Notes: generated by a model not told the origin, from the letters alone. Shown: positions 28,304 through 39,620, numbered from the stretch's first letter. The stretch: DNA of 64,000 nucleotides from Desulfatiglandales bacterium (GCA_963665715.2 CAXXPR010000001.1:868550-932549), one strand, 5' to 3'. Numbers and translations are program-made.

Positions 28304-29527
28304 TTATTCATACCTTAAGGTTTCTACCGGATTAAGACGTGATGCGTTCCATGACGGGTAGATTGTTGTAAGAAAAGAAAGCAGCAATCCGGAAACTGCT
28401 ATCAGTAAAACATCAACCCATTCAACAAGTACCGGCAGGTTTGAAAAGGGGTAGATATCTGAAGGCAGCTCAATAAAAATATAATTTTCGAGCAGAAAGC
28501 ATATTCCCAGACCTGCGCAGGTTCCGGCAATTGTCCCGACTACGCCGATAACCATCCCCTGAATCATAAAAACGATCATGATGCTTTTTTTAGTGGCGCC
28601 CATTGTTCTTAAAATGGCGATATCCTTTGATTTTTCTATTACCGTCATGACGAGGACGCTTATGATATTTAGTGCGCCCACCATTACAATCATTACAAGT
28701 ATTACAAACTGGGCGTATTTTTCGAGCTGCAGGGCCTCAAGGAGGCCGCGATACTGGGCCGTCCAGTCCTGAACCCAGTAGCTTCTTCCAAGTTTTTCCC
28801 TGATCGCATTGCCGATAACATCGGATTTTTCCGCATCATCTACTTTTATGTCTATCCGGGTTGCTTTTCCTTCAATGTTTAAAAGCTTCTGAGCTGCAGA
28901 CAGAGATACAAAGGCCAGCCGAAGGTCAAAGTCTATTGAGCCGGATGAATAAATTCCGGTAATCCTGAAAGTCTGTTTTTTAGGTGTTCTGACAAGAGGG
29001 GTCAGTCTCCCGTCAAGTGTATAAACTTTTAAGGTGTCGCCCGTTCCTATTCTTAAACTGTTTGCCAGTTCCTTTCCGATGATTATCCCGGGAAAGTCGT
29101 CATTTGCATTATCAAGGGAATGCAGGTCGCCCTGTTTCATCATGTCGGCAACATTGATGACCTTTGTTATGCTGCCGGTATCAACACCTGCAAGGCGGAT
29201 CAGTGAAGTGTAGCCTGCCGAAAAAATAGCATCTTTATAGACCAGCGGCGAGGTTTCAACAACTCCCTCCACTGTCTTCAGCTCTTTCATAAGCCCGTCA
29301 TAATCGGCAATACTCCCCTCATAGCTTTCTATCTGGATGTGGGATGTAATGCCAAGTGATTTTGAGATGAGCTCGGACCTGAATCCGTTCATAACCGAAA
29401 GAACAACCACAAGCGCCATTACACCAACCATTACACCAAGTACGGAGATGACGGAGATTACGGAAATAAAAGCCTGTTTCCGTTTTGCCTTGAGATATCT
29501 CAAGCTTAAAAAGAGTTCAAATAGCAT
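28304..29527 (-). CDS. lolC: Lipoprotein-releasing system permease (LolC/LolE family)
   Basis: 407 aa with N-terminus MLFELFLSLRYLKAKRKQAF. It has a large periplasmic loop and a C-terminal FtsX-like 3-TM domain. Confidence 0.85.
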   Translation of the reverse strand: MLFELFLSLRYLKAKRKQAFISVISVISVLGVMVGVMALVVVLSVMNGFRSELISKSLGITSHIQIESYEGSIADYDGLMKELKTVEGVVETSPLVYKDAIFSAGYTSLIRLAGVDTGSITKVINVADMMKQGDLHSLDNANDDFPGIIIGKELANSLRIGTGDTLKVYTLDGRLTPLVRTPKKQTFRITGIYSSGSIDFDLRLAFVSLSAAQKLLNIEGKATRIDIKVDDAEKSDVIGNAIREKLGRSYWVQDWTAQYRGLLEALQLEKYAQFVILVMIVMVGALNIISVLVMTVIEKSKDIAILRTMGATKKSIMIVFMIQGMVIGVVGTIAGTCAGLGICFLLENYIFIELPSDIYPFSNLPVLVEWVDVLLIAVSGLLLSFLTTIYPSWNASRLNPVETLRYE

Positions 29528-29571
29528 ATAAATGGAACCCCCGGCTGTTAACCGGGGAGATGCCTTTCATG

Positions 29572-31056
29572 TTATATCTGTTTGTTTCGCATGTGCGGAA
29601 AAAGAATTACGTCCCTGATAGAGGGGGAATTGGTTAATAGCATAACCACCCTGTCAATTCCGATCCCCTGACCCGCTGTCGGGGGAAGTCCGTATTCAAG
29701 TGCTGTAACGTAATCTTCATCCATGAACTGGGCTTCATCGTCACCGGACTCTCTCAGTGCAACCTGTTTTTCAAATCTTCCGCGCTGATCTTCCGGATCA
29801 TTTAACTCCGTAAATGCATTGGCAATTTCTTTTCCTGCAATAAACAGCTCAAACCTGTCAACGATTTCCGGATCTTCGTCGTTCTTTCTGGACAACGGTG
29901 ATATCTCGGTCGGATGATTCACAATAAATGTGGGGTTGATAAGCTGAGGTTCAACAAGCTGATCAAATATTTTTTCAAGGACCTTTCCGTGGCTGTCCGT
30001 TTTAGAGAGCGAGATATTTTTTGATTTTGCAAATTCAACGGCCGCATCAAGGTTTTCAAATACATCATCACCTGCTCCGCCCACTTTTCTGATAGAATCA
30101 TAAAGTGAAATTCTGGGCCAGGGCGGAGTAAAGTCAATCTGTTCTCCCTGGTACTCGATAACCAGTTTTCCGCAGATTTCGGTAAGAAGCTGGCTGAAGA
30201 GATCTTCTGTCAGCTTCATGAGATCTTCATATGTTGCATAGGCCATGTAGAATTCAATCATTGTGAATTCAGGATTATGCTTTACCGAAATACCTTCATT
30301 TCTGAAATTCCTGTTTATTTCGTAGACACGGTCCAGACCGCCTACAATAAGTCTTTTAAGGTAGAGCTCAGGTGCAATCCTGAGATACAGGTTCATTCCG
30401 AGGCTGTTGTGATATGTCTTAAAAGGCCTTGCAGTTGCTCCACCGGGGATGGTCTGCATCATCGGGGTTTCAACTTCAAGAAAATCCTTCGTGTTAAAGA
30501 AGTTTCTAAAAAAGCTTATGATCCTGCTTCTTGTTTTAAAAACGTCTCTTACGTCATCATTCACAATAAGATCAAGATAACGCTGACGGTATCTTGTCTC
30601 TATATCCGTAAGACCATGCCATTTTTCAGGGAGGGGCCTTACCGATTTTGTCAGAAGCTTAATATCCGAGGCAACAACGGTGAGTTCATCGGTTTTTGTC
30701 TTGAAAAAGGAGCCTTTTATTCCGACATAGTCTCCAATATCCATTAATTTAAACAGCTGGTAGCCTTCGTCACCCACTTTGTCTTTTCTGACATAGGACT
30801 GTATCATTCCGGTGCTGTCTTTTATATGAATAAAGGCGGCCTTTCCAAATACCCTCATTGACATAATTCTGCCTGCGAGAGAATATTCCGAGTCGTCTTT
30901 CTCAAGCTCTTCTCCCGGGACTGCTCCAAATTTTTCAATTGCTTCTATTGCCTTGAGATCCAGCTGATATCCTGCCGGATAGGGATTTACGCCCATTTCT
31001 TTTAAACGATCGATTTTTTTCTTTCGATCTTCAATAACAGTACTTGTTTTTTCCAT
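29572..31056 (-). CDS. lysS: Lysine--tRNA ligase (class II)
   Basis: 494 aa with an N-terminal OB anticodon-binding region. Class II motifs are present, including FRNEGIS and [12 protein letters not shown]. Confidence 0.95.
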   Translation of the reverse strand: MEKTSTVIEDRKKKIDRLKEMGVNPYPAGYQLDLKAIEAIEKFGAVPGEELEKDDSEYSLAGRIMSMRVFGKAAFIHIKDSTGMIQSYVRKDKVGDEGYQLFKLMDIGDYVGIKGSFFKTKTDELTVVASDIKLLTKSVRPLPEKWHGLTDIETRYRQRYLDLIVNDDVRDVFKTRSRIISFFRNFFNTKDFLEVETPMMQTIPGGATARPFKTYHNSLGMNLYLRIAPELYLKRLIVGGLDRVYEINRNFRNEGISVKHNPEFTMIEFYMAYATYEDLMKLTEDLFSQLLTEICGKLVIEYQGEQIDFTPPWPRISLYDSIRKVGGAGDDVFENLDAAVEFAKSKNISLSKTDSHGKVLEKIFDQLVEPQLINPTFIVNHPTEISPLSRKNDEDPEIVDRFELFIAGKEIANAFTELNDPEDQRGRFEKQVALRESGDDEAQFMDEDYVTALEYGLPPTAGQGIGIDRVVMLLTNSPSIRDVILFPHMRNKQI

Positions 31057-31292
31057 AATATATAAACCGGTATAAGTGTTTAAAAAATATAGTTAATGAT
31101 GATTTTGTTTAATTATTTTAATAATTTGAACAATAACTTTTAGTCTAAAACCCTATGTTAGTCAAGGCAAAAGATGGCGGATAAAAGCCCCTTTCCACCT
31201 TTAGACAAGGTCTGATTTGATTTGTTCCGTAAAATGACAAACAGTTCTGGATATGTCTGCAAAAATTCGGGAACCGGATATTGAAAAATAAA

Positions 31293-31499
31293 TCAGTTTT
31301 CTGCAGGAAAATTGATTTCATCAAGAGTTTCTTTTATTTTTTCAATGGTTGCAGGGCTTTCCCATTCAACGCTGATTTCCTTTGTGTCTGGGCTGCCTTC
31401 TACCTTTGAGACTCCTTCAAGCTCTTCCAGTTCGTTTTTTATGCTGTTTACACAGTGACTGCATGAAATGTTAGGGATTGTAAATGTTATTTTTTCCAT
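31293..31499 (-). CDS. copZ: Heavy-metal-associated (HMA) domain protein, copper chaperone-like
   Basis: 68 aa with the metal-binding CxxC motif at the expected position (NISCSHCV). The length matches a ferredoxin-like HMA domain. Confidence 0.75.
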   Translation of the reverse strand: MEKITFTIPNISCSHCVNSIKNELEELEGVSKVEGSPDTKEISVEWESPATIEKIKETLDEINFPAEN

Positions 31500-31563
31500 A
31501 TTGTTTTCTCCTTTTTATCAATATTGATTAATGAAGAATGCCATACTGCTTTAAGGCACATAA

Positions 31564-31611
31564 AAAGGCCGCAATCCTTTTCTGCATTTATTTATTATGA
31601 TTGCGGCCTTT
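31564..31611 (-). terminator. Intrinsic terminator-like hairpin downstream of the SDR gene
   Basis: A 13-bp perfect stem (AAAGGCCGCAATC / GATTGCGGCCTTT) is followed by TTTTTAT on the minus strand. The loop is long, about 22 nt. Confidence 0.5.
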
Positions 31612-31643
31612 ATTAAGTTTGTAACCTATTGAAATATTATATG

Positions 31644-32405
31644 CTACATTACAGATGCTCCGGAAACATGAAGAACCTGTCCGCTGATGTCAATAGAAAT
31701 GTCTGAAGCAAAGAAAAGTGTGGCGTTTGCGATATCCTGAGCGGATGTTGCTCTTCCCAAAGGCAGCTCTTTTTTAAGAAACTCGATAACAGCTTCTTTA
31801 TCTTCGGCCTTGATAAAGTTGGTTGGAGCAGGTCCTGGAGCTACACAGTTGACCCTTATTTTGTTTGGCGCTTCAGCGGTAGCAAGCTGTTTTGTGAATA
31901 TGTCCACTGCGCCTTTTGCCTGAGCATATACGCTTACACCGTGGCTGTACATGAATGAACTGCCTGAACCTATATTAACAATGGATCCTTTACCTTTTTT
32001 TCTCATGCCCGGAAGAACTGCGGCTGATACATACATGGGGCTGTAGAGGTTGAGAGCAACTTCTTTTTCCCAAACTTTAGGATCATGGTCTTCGAAGGGG
32101 CCTACAGACATGATTGCACCTGCAACATTACAGAGAATGTCTATATCGCCGAATTCGGCGATCACTTCTTTTACCATTGCATTTACTTCTTCTTTGTCTG
32201 TAACATCTGCTTTTACAGCAATACTTTTTGCGCCAAGTTCTTTAACTGCCTCGCAGGTGAGTTTTGCATCATCAAGATTAATATCTGTTACGGCTATTGC
32301 TTCACATCCCTCTCTTGCCAGGGATAATGCGATTTCTTTACCAAAACCAATCTGACTTCCTGCACCTGTTACCAGCGCCACCTGCCCTTTTAATCCAAGA
32401 TCCAT
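31644..32405 (-). CDS. Short-chain dehydrogenase/reductase (SDR) family oxidoreductase
   Basis: 253 aa with cofactor motif TGAGSQIGFG, NVAG, and catalytic YAQAK (YxxxK). Confidence 0.85.
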   Translation of the reverse strand: MDLGLKGQVALVTGAGSQIGFGKEIALSLAREGCEAIAVTDINLDDAKLTCEAVKELGAKSIAVKADVTDKEEVNAMVKEVIAEFGDIDILCNVAGAIMSVGPFEDHDPKVWEKEVALNLYSPMYVSAAVLPGMRKKGKGSIVNIGSGSSFMYSHGVSVYAQAKGAVDIFTKQLATAEAPNKIRVNCVAPGPAPTNFIKAEDKEAVIEFLKKELPLGRATSAQDIANATLFFASDISIDISGQVLHVSGASVM

Positions 32406-32540
32406 GTGTTCCTCCTTTTGATAAATATAGAACCCTTATTATTTGAAAATTAATCCAATATATTGATTTTTGAGCAAAATATTGAGCTATCACAAGTGTT
32501 TTTTTTAATCAAGTCCAGAATGATTATTTGCGGGAGTATT

Positions 32541-33290
32541 TCAGCTGTCGAGGATTTTAATAAACTCTTTCCATGAGGCGGCGTAAGGCACATCTATGTC
32601 CGGTTTCACCGATTCGCTTTGTATGGTCCCTCTTATTACCGGGACATCTTTATCTATAATATATGTGAACCATACTGGCTGTAGTCCGGCCTTTGATGCC
32701 CCGTGTATATCCGGATCAGGGTCATCACCCGTAAAAAGGATACGGCTGTTTTCAATTTTAAGATTTTCTGCAAGTTTATCAAATACAAACCGGTGAGGTT
32801 TTCGGTATCCGATTTCGCCGGATATAATGATTGTATCAAAACAGTCCGCAAGACCGGTTCTTTTAAGTATTTCTCTTGCTGCAGGGGCGTGAGTGAAATT
32901 GGAAAGCAATCCCAGGGGATACTTCTTTTTTAGCAGACGAAGAGTTTCTATTGTGTCAGGAATAACGCTTACACGATCATAAAATTCGGAAAAATAATCA
33001 TCCACTGCCCTGGTAATACTTTCATCTTCGGGCGGGACCGTAATTCCGTAATTTTCAAATACGTGGCTGACCCAGATACTGTTATGGGTTTCTATGCCGT
33101 TTTTTCGTGCCTGTGAGACAAATTTGACCGCAGCATTTTTATAGTCTTTTATATAAGCTGTATCTTCTATCTCAAATCCGCTGTCTCTTAAACTCTTTAT
33201 CATCTTTTTCATTGCGTGGACAAGCGTATCCGGCTCTACAATGATTAGAGTGTTAAAGAGATCAAATCCTATGGCTTTTATATTTTTCAT
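32541..33290 (-). CDS. HAD-superfamily hydrolase (haloacid dehalogenase-like subfamily)
   Basis: 249 aa. Motif I is IGFDLFNTL, with a motif II S/T and a late GDDPDPD acidic motif, in HAD-IA-like order. Confidence 0.75.
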   Translation of the reverse strand: MKNIKAIGFDLFNTLIIVEPDTLVHAMKKMIKSLRDSGFEIEDTAYIKDYKNAAVKFVSQARKNGIETHNSIWVSHVFENYGITVPPEDESITRAVDDYFSEFYDRVSVIPDTIETLRLLKKKYPLGLLSNFTHAPAAREILKRTGLADCFDTIIISGEIGYRKPHRFVFDKLAENLKIENSRILFTGDDPDPDIHGASKAGLQPVWFTYIIDKDVPVIRGTIQSESVKPDIDVPYAASWKEFIKILDS

Positions 33291-33362
33291 ACAGGGAGTA
33301 ATAACTTTATAACGGATGAAAAGTCAAGGAAGGCGGGAAGGTGATTTATGTAGAGAAGGGGT

Positions 33363-33385
33363 GCCCCCGCCCAAAGGACGGGGGC
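33363..33385 (-). terminator. GC-rich hairpin ending the chemosensory operon
   Basis: GCCCCCG-tcctttgg-CGGGGGC (read on the minus strand) lies 15 nt after the cheW stop. No strong T-tract follows. Confidence 0.45.
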
Positions 33386-33399
33386 TCTGTGAAGTGGTC

Positions 33400-33915
33400 T
33401 TACGCTGCTTCTATTTCCTCATCGTCGGTGTCATCCAGACATGCAGTTATCTCATTCCCTGCTTTACCCTTTGAGACGACACTTTCGATGTCGAGGATAA
33501 TTATAAAATGTTCCTCCCTTGTAACAATTCCCTTTGTTAAATCGGAATTGTACTTCTTTGCTACTTTAGGTGGTTCTTCAATCTCATTTTCATCTATGTC
33601 CAGGACTTCTCTTACTGAATCGGCAATTACTCCAAGAACAATGGTTTCTTCTGCGAGCGGTATTTCCGTGACTATTATCCTGGAATTTACATCTTTTTCC
33701 GATTCGGGAATTTCCAGGATAATATGAAGGTTCATTACCGGGACAACGCTTCCGCGGACATTTATTATGCCTTTTAAAAAGTCAGGTTCTCCCGGCACCG
33801 AGGTTATTTTTATAAACTCCAGCACCTCTCTTACATTGCCTACCTTTATGGCAAACAGTTCGCTGCCCAGCTGGAAAGACAGATACTGGGAAATTTGGTC
33901 ACTTGATACACTCAT
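33400..33915 (-). CDS. cheW: Chemotaxis coupling protein CheW
   Basis: 171 aa single CheW-like domain with YLSFQLGSELFAIKVGNVREV and GIINVRGSVVPV. Confidence 0.9.
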   Translation of the reverse strand: MSVSSDQISQYLSFQLGSELFAIKVGNVREVLEFIKITSVPGEPDFLKGIINVRGSVVPVMNLHIILEIPESEKDVNSRIIVTEIPLAEETIVLGVIADSVREVLDIDENEIEEPPKVAKKYNSDLTKGIVTREEHFIIILDIESVVSKGKAGNEITACLDDTDDEEIEAA

Positions 33916-33969
33916 AACACTATTACCCTTTTATAATGTTTATCCATGGAATAACTGATCAGCTGCCTG

Positions 33970-36237
33970 TTAGTACTTTTCGAATTCCGAATCGTAGTCA
34001 TCAAGTCCCCCTGCATCATCTCCCATGTTCAATGAAAAGCCTTTATTATTTCCGCTTTCGATTTTTGAGCCGGGAGCACTTACTGGTTTGAACGAAGCTT
34101 TTTGCGGTGATCCCGAGAAAGCTTTTTTAGGAGCCGGTCTGCCTCCTCTTTTTTTCATTAGAGCGTTATAATCTTCGTTGTCTCCCAAATTAATCTTGAA
34201 AAATCCGATGGAATCCTGGAGCTGCTCTGCCTGGCTTGCGAGTTCTTCGGATGTTGACGCTATTTCTTCAGATACCGAAGCGTTCTGCTGTATTACCTGA
34301 TCAAGCTGCTGAATGGCCTGGTTTATCTGATCTGCTCCTGTAGACTGTTCATTGCTGGCTGCACTTATTTCCTGGACAAGTTCCGCTGTCCTCTGGATAT
34401 CCGGAACAAGTCTTGACAGCATCTCTCCTGCGCTTTCTGCAACCGCAACGCTGGATGATGACAGTTTGCTGATTTCACCTGCAGCCGTCTGGCTTCTTTC
34501 GGCAAGCTTTCTTACTTCAGAGGCAACGACCGCAAATCCCTTTCCATGCTCTCCTGCTCTCGCAGCTTCGATTGCCGCGTTAAGGGCAAGAAGGTCTGTG
34601 GACCTGGCTATTTCTTCGATTATGGTGATTTTTTCCGCAATCTCCTTCATTGCTGACAGTGTTTCCTCTACAGCCTTTCCGCCTTCTTTGGCGTCGGCTG
34701 CGGATTTAATAGCTATCCTTTCTGTCTGTTGTGCGTTGTCAGCACTCTGTCTTATGTTGGCCGCCATTTCTTCAACAGAAGAAGATGCTTCTTCGGCTGA
34801 GGAAGCCTGTTCTGTTGCACCCTGTGACATTTCTTCGCTGCTGGCGCTCAGTTCAAGACTGCCTGCCGCAACGTTGCCTGCCGCGGTCTTAACCTCGGTA
34901 ACTACCATGCCAAGCTTGCTGACCATTGATGCAAGCGCTTTTCCAAGGGTATCCTTGTCTGACAGTACATTAACCTCTACCGTGAGGTCTCCATCGGCTA
35001 TTTCCTCTGCCATCTCGACTGTGCCTTTAAGGTTCCCTACCATCTGGGCCATTGCCTGATTCATTGTGCCGATTTCATTTTTACCTGCATCGGCTGATAC
35101 TTCGACATCGAGATCACCGTCGGAAATTTTTTCCATGTTATCAACAAGGCTTCTGAACTGTTTTGTCATGTAGTGTGTAAATACGTATCCGATAGCTGCT
35201 CCAAGAAGGATTGCTATGACACAAATAGTTATAGTGAGTGTAAGTATTTTATCCAGTCCGTCCAGAAAATCTTCCTGATAGGCAGAAGGTGCAATAATCC
35301 AGTTCCATTCAGGAAAGTAGGAGTAACTCGCAATCTTGAGTCTTGCGTCTGTTTCGCCCGTGTTTTTCCATGGATAATAGATTGTATCCGTTTCGTTTGA
35401 ATTAAGCCCTTTTCCTTTTGAGATGATGCTCTGGATAAAAAGATTCCCGTCCGCATCTTTTGCGTTCCAGATGTTTTCTCCGTCCCGTTCACGGTTTAAT
35501 GAAAGAACATAATTACCTTTTTCATCAAGAATAAAAATATAACCGGTCTTTCCCACAGTCATATCTGCAAGCTTGTTTTTCAGGTTTTCCAGTGCCTTGT
35601 TTCCGTAGTTAATGTCAACCAGCTCATCAAAGTAAACTCCAATTCCAATGATCCTGTTGCGTTCGGGATCGTTGATTAGGGATGCTATCTTGTCTCTGGC
35701 GACTGTCTCACCTGTATTTTTCCAGGGGTATACATGAAATGCAATCTGGTTTCCCGAAAGCTGTCTGCCTTTTCCTATCATTGTCTGCATAAAATAGTTG
35801 CCGTTTGCATCTCTGGACTCCCACAAGCTGTTTCCGACATTTGTTTTGTCCGGTGAAACAAGCAGTTTGCCGTCATAACCCACTGCATATATATACCCAG
35901 ACTCTCCGACTTTCACCTTTGTAAGGAGTTCATCCAGATCTCTTGAAGAGCCCTTCCAGGATGTTATGACTTTGGAGATTGCTTCTGCCTGGGATGCAAC
36001 TATTTTCCTTGCAAGCTCTTCGGAATCCCTCTTGTTGATGTCAATGTCCCTGGCAGTACTTTCTACAAGAAGCTTTACCTGCTGGGCCTGTTCTTTAAGA
36101 CGGCTTTCTATCTGGTCGAAAGTTTCGTTTCTGGTGCTCTGATAACTGAGAATACCCAGTGTAAGTACCGGTACAGCTACCAGAAAAATACAGATCGCAA
36201 GTAATTGCCATTTGATGCTTATATCTTTTATTCTCAT
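33970..36237 (-). CDS. Methyl-accepting chemotaxis protein with a duplicated Cache-like periplasmic sensor and HAMP domains
   Basis: 755 aa with two TM segments flanking a sensor region. The sensor carries an internal duplication (both halves contain YPWKNTGET). A highly conserved signalling hairpin follows ([35 protein letters not shown]). Confidence 0.9.
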   Translation of the reverse strand: MRIKDISIKWQLLAICIFLVAVPVLTLGILSYQSTRNETFDQIESRLKEQAQQVKLLVESTARDIDINKRDSEELARKIVASQAEAISKVITSWKGSSRDLDELLTKVKVGESGYIYAVGYDGKLLVSPDKTNVGNSLWESRDANGNYFMQTMIGKGRQLSGNQIAFHVYPWKNTGETVARDKIASLINDPERNRIIGIGVYFDELVDINYGNKALENLKNKLADMTVGKTGYIFILDEKGNYVLSLNRERDGENIWNAKDADGNLFIQSIISKGKGLNSNETDTIYYPWKNTGETDARLKIASYSYFPEWNWIIAPSAYQEDFLDGLDKILTLTITICVIAILLGAAIGYVFTHYMTKQFRSLVDNMEKISDGDLDVEVSADAGKNEIGTMNQAMAQMVGNLKGTVEMAEEIADGDLTVEVNVLSDKDTLGKALASMVSKLGMVVTEVKTAAGNVAAGSLELSASSEEMSQGATEQASSAEEASSSVEEMAANIRQSADNAQQTERIAIKSAADAKEGGKAVEETLSAMKEIAEKITIIEEIARSTDLLALNAAIEAARAGEHGKGFAVVASEVRKLAERSQTAAGEISKLSSSSVAVAESAGEMLSRLVPDIQRTAELVQEISAASNEQSTGADQINQAIQQLDQVIQQNASVSEEIASTSEELASQAEQLQDSIGFFKINLGDNEDYNALMKKRGGRPAPKKAFSGSPQKASFKPVSAPGSKIESGNNKGFSLNMGDDAGGLDDYDSEFEKY

Positions 36238-36338
36238 TTTAAACTCCTTACTTTCCTGTTTGCGTTTGTTACAAAAGCTTAGACTGTTTTATTTACTTAA
36301 CCGGCTGTCTGCCGGATTTTTCCCTCTATAGAATTGTT

Positions 36339-38423
36339 TCAGCACCCGACGGCTGGTTCTATATTTTTATGCTGATCAACAAGCTGGGGCACATCTATTA
36401 CCAGTGCTACTGTGCCGTCTCCAAGTATTGTTGCTCCTGAAAAACTTTTAATATCCTCATAAACCTTTCCCATTCTTTTTATTACAACCTGGCTCTGCCC
36501 TATGAGCCTGTCTACGGCAAGGCCTACTATCCCTCCGTTAACTTCGTTGAAAACCACCTTTTCAATCTCCGGCTGCTCTCCAGGAACATTGAACACTTCG
36601 CGCATGCTGAGGTAGGGGACCGCTTTCCCCATATATTCCATAATACTTCTGTCCCTGGCGATGTTTGCTTCCGAACGGGTCAGTTCAACGCATTTTTCAA
36701 CGGTTGAAAGTGGAATGACATAGTATGTGGTTCCGATATCAACCAGAAGACCGTCGATGATGGCCAGGGTGAGAGGCAGCTTAAGGGTTATTGTGGTGCC
36801 TTTACCCTTTTCGCTTTCTATATCTATGGAACCTCTCAGGTTTTCGAGGTTCTTTCTGACCACATCCATACCGACACCTCTTCCTGAAACATTAGTGACC
36901 TGTTTTGCAGTTGAAAAGCCCGGTTCAAAAATAAGCGCGAATATATCTTTTTTATTCAGGTCTGCGTCCTGACTGATAATCCCTCTGCTCCTTGCCTTTT
37001 GAAGTATCGCTTCTGTATCAAGACCTGCACCGTTATCAGATATCCTTATTAACACCGAGTCACCGGAATGGACTGCGGAAAGATGAACTTCTCCCTGACG
37101 CTTTTTACCTGAAGCTTCTCTTGCTTCAGGTGATTCTATTCCGTGATCAATACAGTTTCTTATGATGTGAACCATTGGGTCATCCAGCGATTCAATCACG
37201 GTTTTATCGAGTTCGGTTTCTCCGCCTTCTGTGGTAAGGACTACATCCTTGCCGAGTGACTGGGAGAGATCTCTTACAAGTCTTTTGAATTTACTGAAGG
37301 TAGTCCCGATAGGAAGCATTCTCATGCTGAGAGCATTGTCCCGCAGGCCTGTTGTAAGGCGTTCCACCTCTTCCGTTATGCCCTTCAGTTCCTGGGTGTT
37401 GTCCCTCATGGCGTACTGAGTCAGTCTTGCCTGTATTGTTACAAGTTCTCCAACAAGATCTACAAGGGCGTCAAGTTTGTCGGAACCAACCCTTATGGAT
37501 GTCATTTTATCCTGGGTTTTCCGTTGTTCCCTCAGCTGCTTTATCTGGGTCTGCTCTTCGATAGCTGCCTTGACCTTTCCTTCATCAACAAGCTTTGATT
37601 CAACAAGTAGCTCGCCAAGCCGTTTCTGCTGTGAAAGAGCCCTGTTCAGATCCTCCGGGGTAAGATCATGCTTTTCCAGCAGAATCTCGCCGAGCTTCAG
37701 ACACTCTTCTTCATAGTCTGTGTCTTCGGCATCTACTTCTTCTATTATTATCTCGCTTTCATCTTCAACAAAGATGAATACATCTTTTATGTGTTCCTCC
37801 GGCTCAGTTGTTGTAATGAAAATATCCCAGTAGAGATAAAAGGTTTCAGGCTCTATCTCGTCAAGGGGAGGTACTCCATCTGTCTGGGGGATGGCTGTAC
37901 ATTTACCCATTTCAGTCAGTTCTTCGATAAGAAGTTTGGGGTTTATCCCCAGTGAAAAAAATTCCGGCTGAGGCCTGAATCTTATCCTGTAGCTGACTTC
38001 TTTTTTGGGTGCTGCAGGTTCTTCTTTTTCACTGCCGCCTGCTACTTCATCTTCTGAATCTGAAGGGACCAGTTCATCAAAATATTCAACCAGCGGGGCG
38101 ACAACTGCATCATCAATCTTTTCCCCTTTCACCATCAGTTTTATCTGGTCGCAGGCAGCGAGGGTTTTACTGATAAGCTCCTCTGTTACCGGAATTTTAC
38201 CTTCCCTGACAAAGTCATATGCTGTTTCTATATTATGGGTAAAAGATACAATATCGGTAAATCCAAACATCCCTCCCGAACCCTTTATTGTATGCATTGC
38301 CCTGAAGACTCTTCCTACCGTTTCCATGTCTTCCGGTGAGGTTTCCAGCTCAAGGAGCGATGACTCAAGCTCGGTGAGCAGCTCACGCGCCTCTTCTATA
38401 AAAGTTTCCTGAAATGGATCCAT
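36339..38423 (-). CDS. cheA: Chemotaxis histidine kinase CheA
   Basis: 694 aa. It has an Hpt P1 domain with the phospho-His motif AMHTIKGSGGMFG, a dimerisation and HATPase core (DNGAGLD, GRGVGMDVV), and a C-terminal CheW-like P5 domain. Confidence 0.95.
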   Translation of the reverse strand: MDPFQETFIEEARELLTELESSLLELETSPEDMETVGRVFRAMHTIKGSGGMFGFTDIVSFTHNIETAYDFVREGKIPVTEELISKTLAACDQIKLMVKGEKIDDAVVAPLVEYFDELVPSDSEDEVAGGSEKEEPAAPKKEVSYRIRFRPQPEFFSLGINPKLLIEELTEMGKCTAIPQTDGVPPLDEIEPETFYLYWDIFITTTEPEEHIKDVFIFVEDESEIIIEEVDAEDTDYEEECLKLGEILLEKHDLTPEDLNRALSQQKRLGELLVESKLVDEGKVKAAIEEQTQIKQLREQRKTQDKMTSIRVGSDKLDALVDLVGELVTIQARLTQYAMRDNTQELKGITEEVERLTTGLRDNALSMRMLPIGTTFSKFKRLVRDLSQSLGKDVVLTTEGGETELDKTVIESLDDPMVHIIRNCIDHGIESPEAREASGKKRQGEVHLSAVHSGDSVLIRISDNGAGLDTEAILQKARSRGIISQDADLNKKDIFALIFEPGFSTAKQVTNVSGRGVGMDVVRKNLENLRGSIDIESEKGKGTTITLKLPLTLAIIDGLLVDIGTTYYVIPLSTVEKCVELTRSEANIARDRSIMEYMGKAVPYLSMREVFNVPGEQPEIEKVVFNEVNGGIVGLAVDRLIGQSQVVIKRMGKVYEDIKSFSGATILGDGTVALVIDVPQLVDQHKNIEPAVGC

Positions 38424-38437
38424 TTGTATTCAGCCTT

Positions 38438-38803
38438 TCATCCAACTATTTTTTTTACTACTGCTACAAGCTGCTCGGGTTTAAAGGGCTTTACTATCCA
38501 GCCTGCAGCCCCGGCTGCTTTTCCTTCGGCTTTTTTCGAGTCCTGTGATTCTGTAGTCAGCATTATTATTGGAACAAATTTGAATTCCGGTTTGGCCTTC
38601 AGCTTTTTTATCAGCCCGATACCGTCCAGGTTGGGCATATTGAGGTCTGTTATTACAAGGTTAACTTTTTTACCTTCAAGCTTTTTTATAGCATCTTCAC
38701 CATCGACAGCGTCCATTACTTCATAGCCTTCCTTGCTGAGGGTAAAGGTTATCATCTGTCTCATGCTTGCGGAATCGTCTACAGACATAATGATTTTTGA
38801 CAT
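38438..38803 (-). CDS. cheY: CheY-like single-domain response regulator
   Basis: 121 aa with an acidic pocket (VDDSASMR), the phospho-acceptor in LVITDLNMPNLDG, and a conserved K in VKPF. Confidence 0.9.
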   Translation of the reverse strand: MSKIIMSVDDSASMRQMITFTLSKEGYEVMDAVDGEDAIKKLEGKKVNLVITDLNMPNLDGIGLIKKLKAKPEFKFVPIIMLTTESQDSKKAEGKAAGAAGWIVKPFKPEQLVAVVKKIVG

Positions 38804-38805
38804 GA

Positions 38806-39114
38806 TTAATTTCCTCTGCTAATCAGTTCGTCAGGGCAGAATCCGAGTTCTGACATTTCTTTGGTTACTGTATCTGTCGCATTCAATATGGAGATTGTTT
38901 TATTTCTGTTTTTCCCATATTTAATGAGGGAAATAAGCATCTGGATTCCTGCTGCGTCGCATTCAGTGACACCGCCCAGATCCAGGTCAAGAGCGTCTTC
39001 TTCTGTTAAAATCTGGAGGATTTTTTCTCGTATCTCCGAGACTTCATGGATCACCAGCTCTTCTCCCGGGTTGAAGCTTTCTGTGTTTTTATTTTTCTTT
39101 AAACGTTTTTCCAT
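38806..39114 (-). CDS. STAS-domain protein (anti-sigma-factor-antagonist fold; possibly CheS-like)
   Basis: About 102 aa from the ATG at 39114, which follows AAGGA. The ORF-track start at 39153 would overlap the upstream gene. The pattern LDLDLGGVTECDAAGIQMLISL...ILNATDTV...GF resembles small STAS/SpoIIAA-like proteins. This assignment is by eye only. Confidence 0.6.
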   Translation of the reverse strand: MEKRLKKNKNTESFNPGEELVIHEVSEIREKILQILTEEDALDLDLGGVTECDAAGIQMLISLIKYGKNRNKTISILNATDTVTKEMSELGFCPDELISRGN

Positions 39115-39133
39115 TCCAGTTCCTTTGATTCCG

Positions 39134-39550
39134 TTAAATATTGTTTGCAACATGATGACTTATTTTACTGCAGTCACCGCTGTACCTGGAACTCAGTTTT
39201 TCGAGCACTGCCTTTACATCATCAAAATCACTGTCCATATAAGCCAGAAAACGGGGGTAAAGTGTAAGCCCCATTGAAACAGTGTCTTTATTCTGGTCAG
39301 GAAGAATCAGGATGATTTCTATTTCGTCGAGAACATCGCTGTACTGGATGATATCAGACAATTGAGAGCTGTTTGTAGCGAGGATAACAGCAACATCAAT
39401 ATTTTTAGGAAAACTGTAGATTCTTTTTCTGAAGTCATCCAGGTTGTCGATAATCTCAATGTGTTCACATGAGAACTTTGAGCATATTTTGTTAAGCAGC
39501 CTTTCTCCGGCTTTCATTTCTTTACCGTTTGTATATAAAATAATGTTCAT
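39134..39550 (-). CDS. Hypothetical protein, possibly a receiver-like (pseudo-receiver) fold lacking the phospho-acceptor Asp
   Basis: 138-aa ORF and first gene after the sigma-54 promoter, with RBS AAGAGGAA. Alternating hydrophobic strands (MNIILYT, VAVILAT, IEIILILP, RFLAYM) suggest a flavodoxin-like fold. The canonical DD...D...K residues are not evident. Confidence 0.45.
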   Translation of the reverse strand: MNIILYTNGKEMKAGERLLNKICSKFSCEHIEIIDNLDDFRKRIYSFPKNIDVAVILATNSSQLSDIIQYSDVLDEIEIILILPDQNKDTVSMGLTLYPRFLAYMDSDFDDVKAVLEKLSSRYSGDCSKISHHVANNI

Positions 39551-39620
39551 TTCCTCTTAAATCCCTGACTGCTGATAATTGAATATTGCTCTGAATCATT
39601 TACCTTTTATTTTTTATTGA

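Noticed and set aside
34352-35059. 235-aa plus-strand Ala/Ser-rich ORF
   Set aside because: It is antisense to the MCP signalling domain, where Ala/Glu/Ser-rich coiled coils always give open antisense frames.
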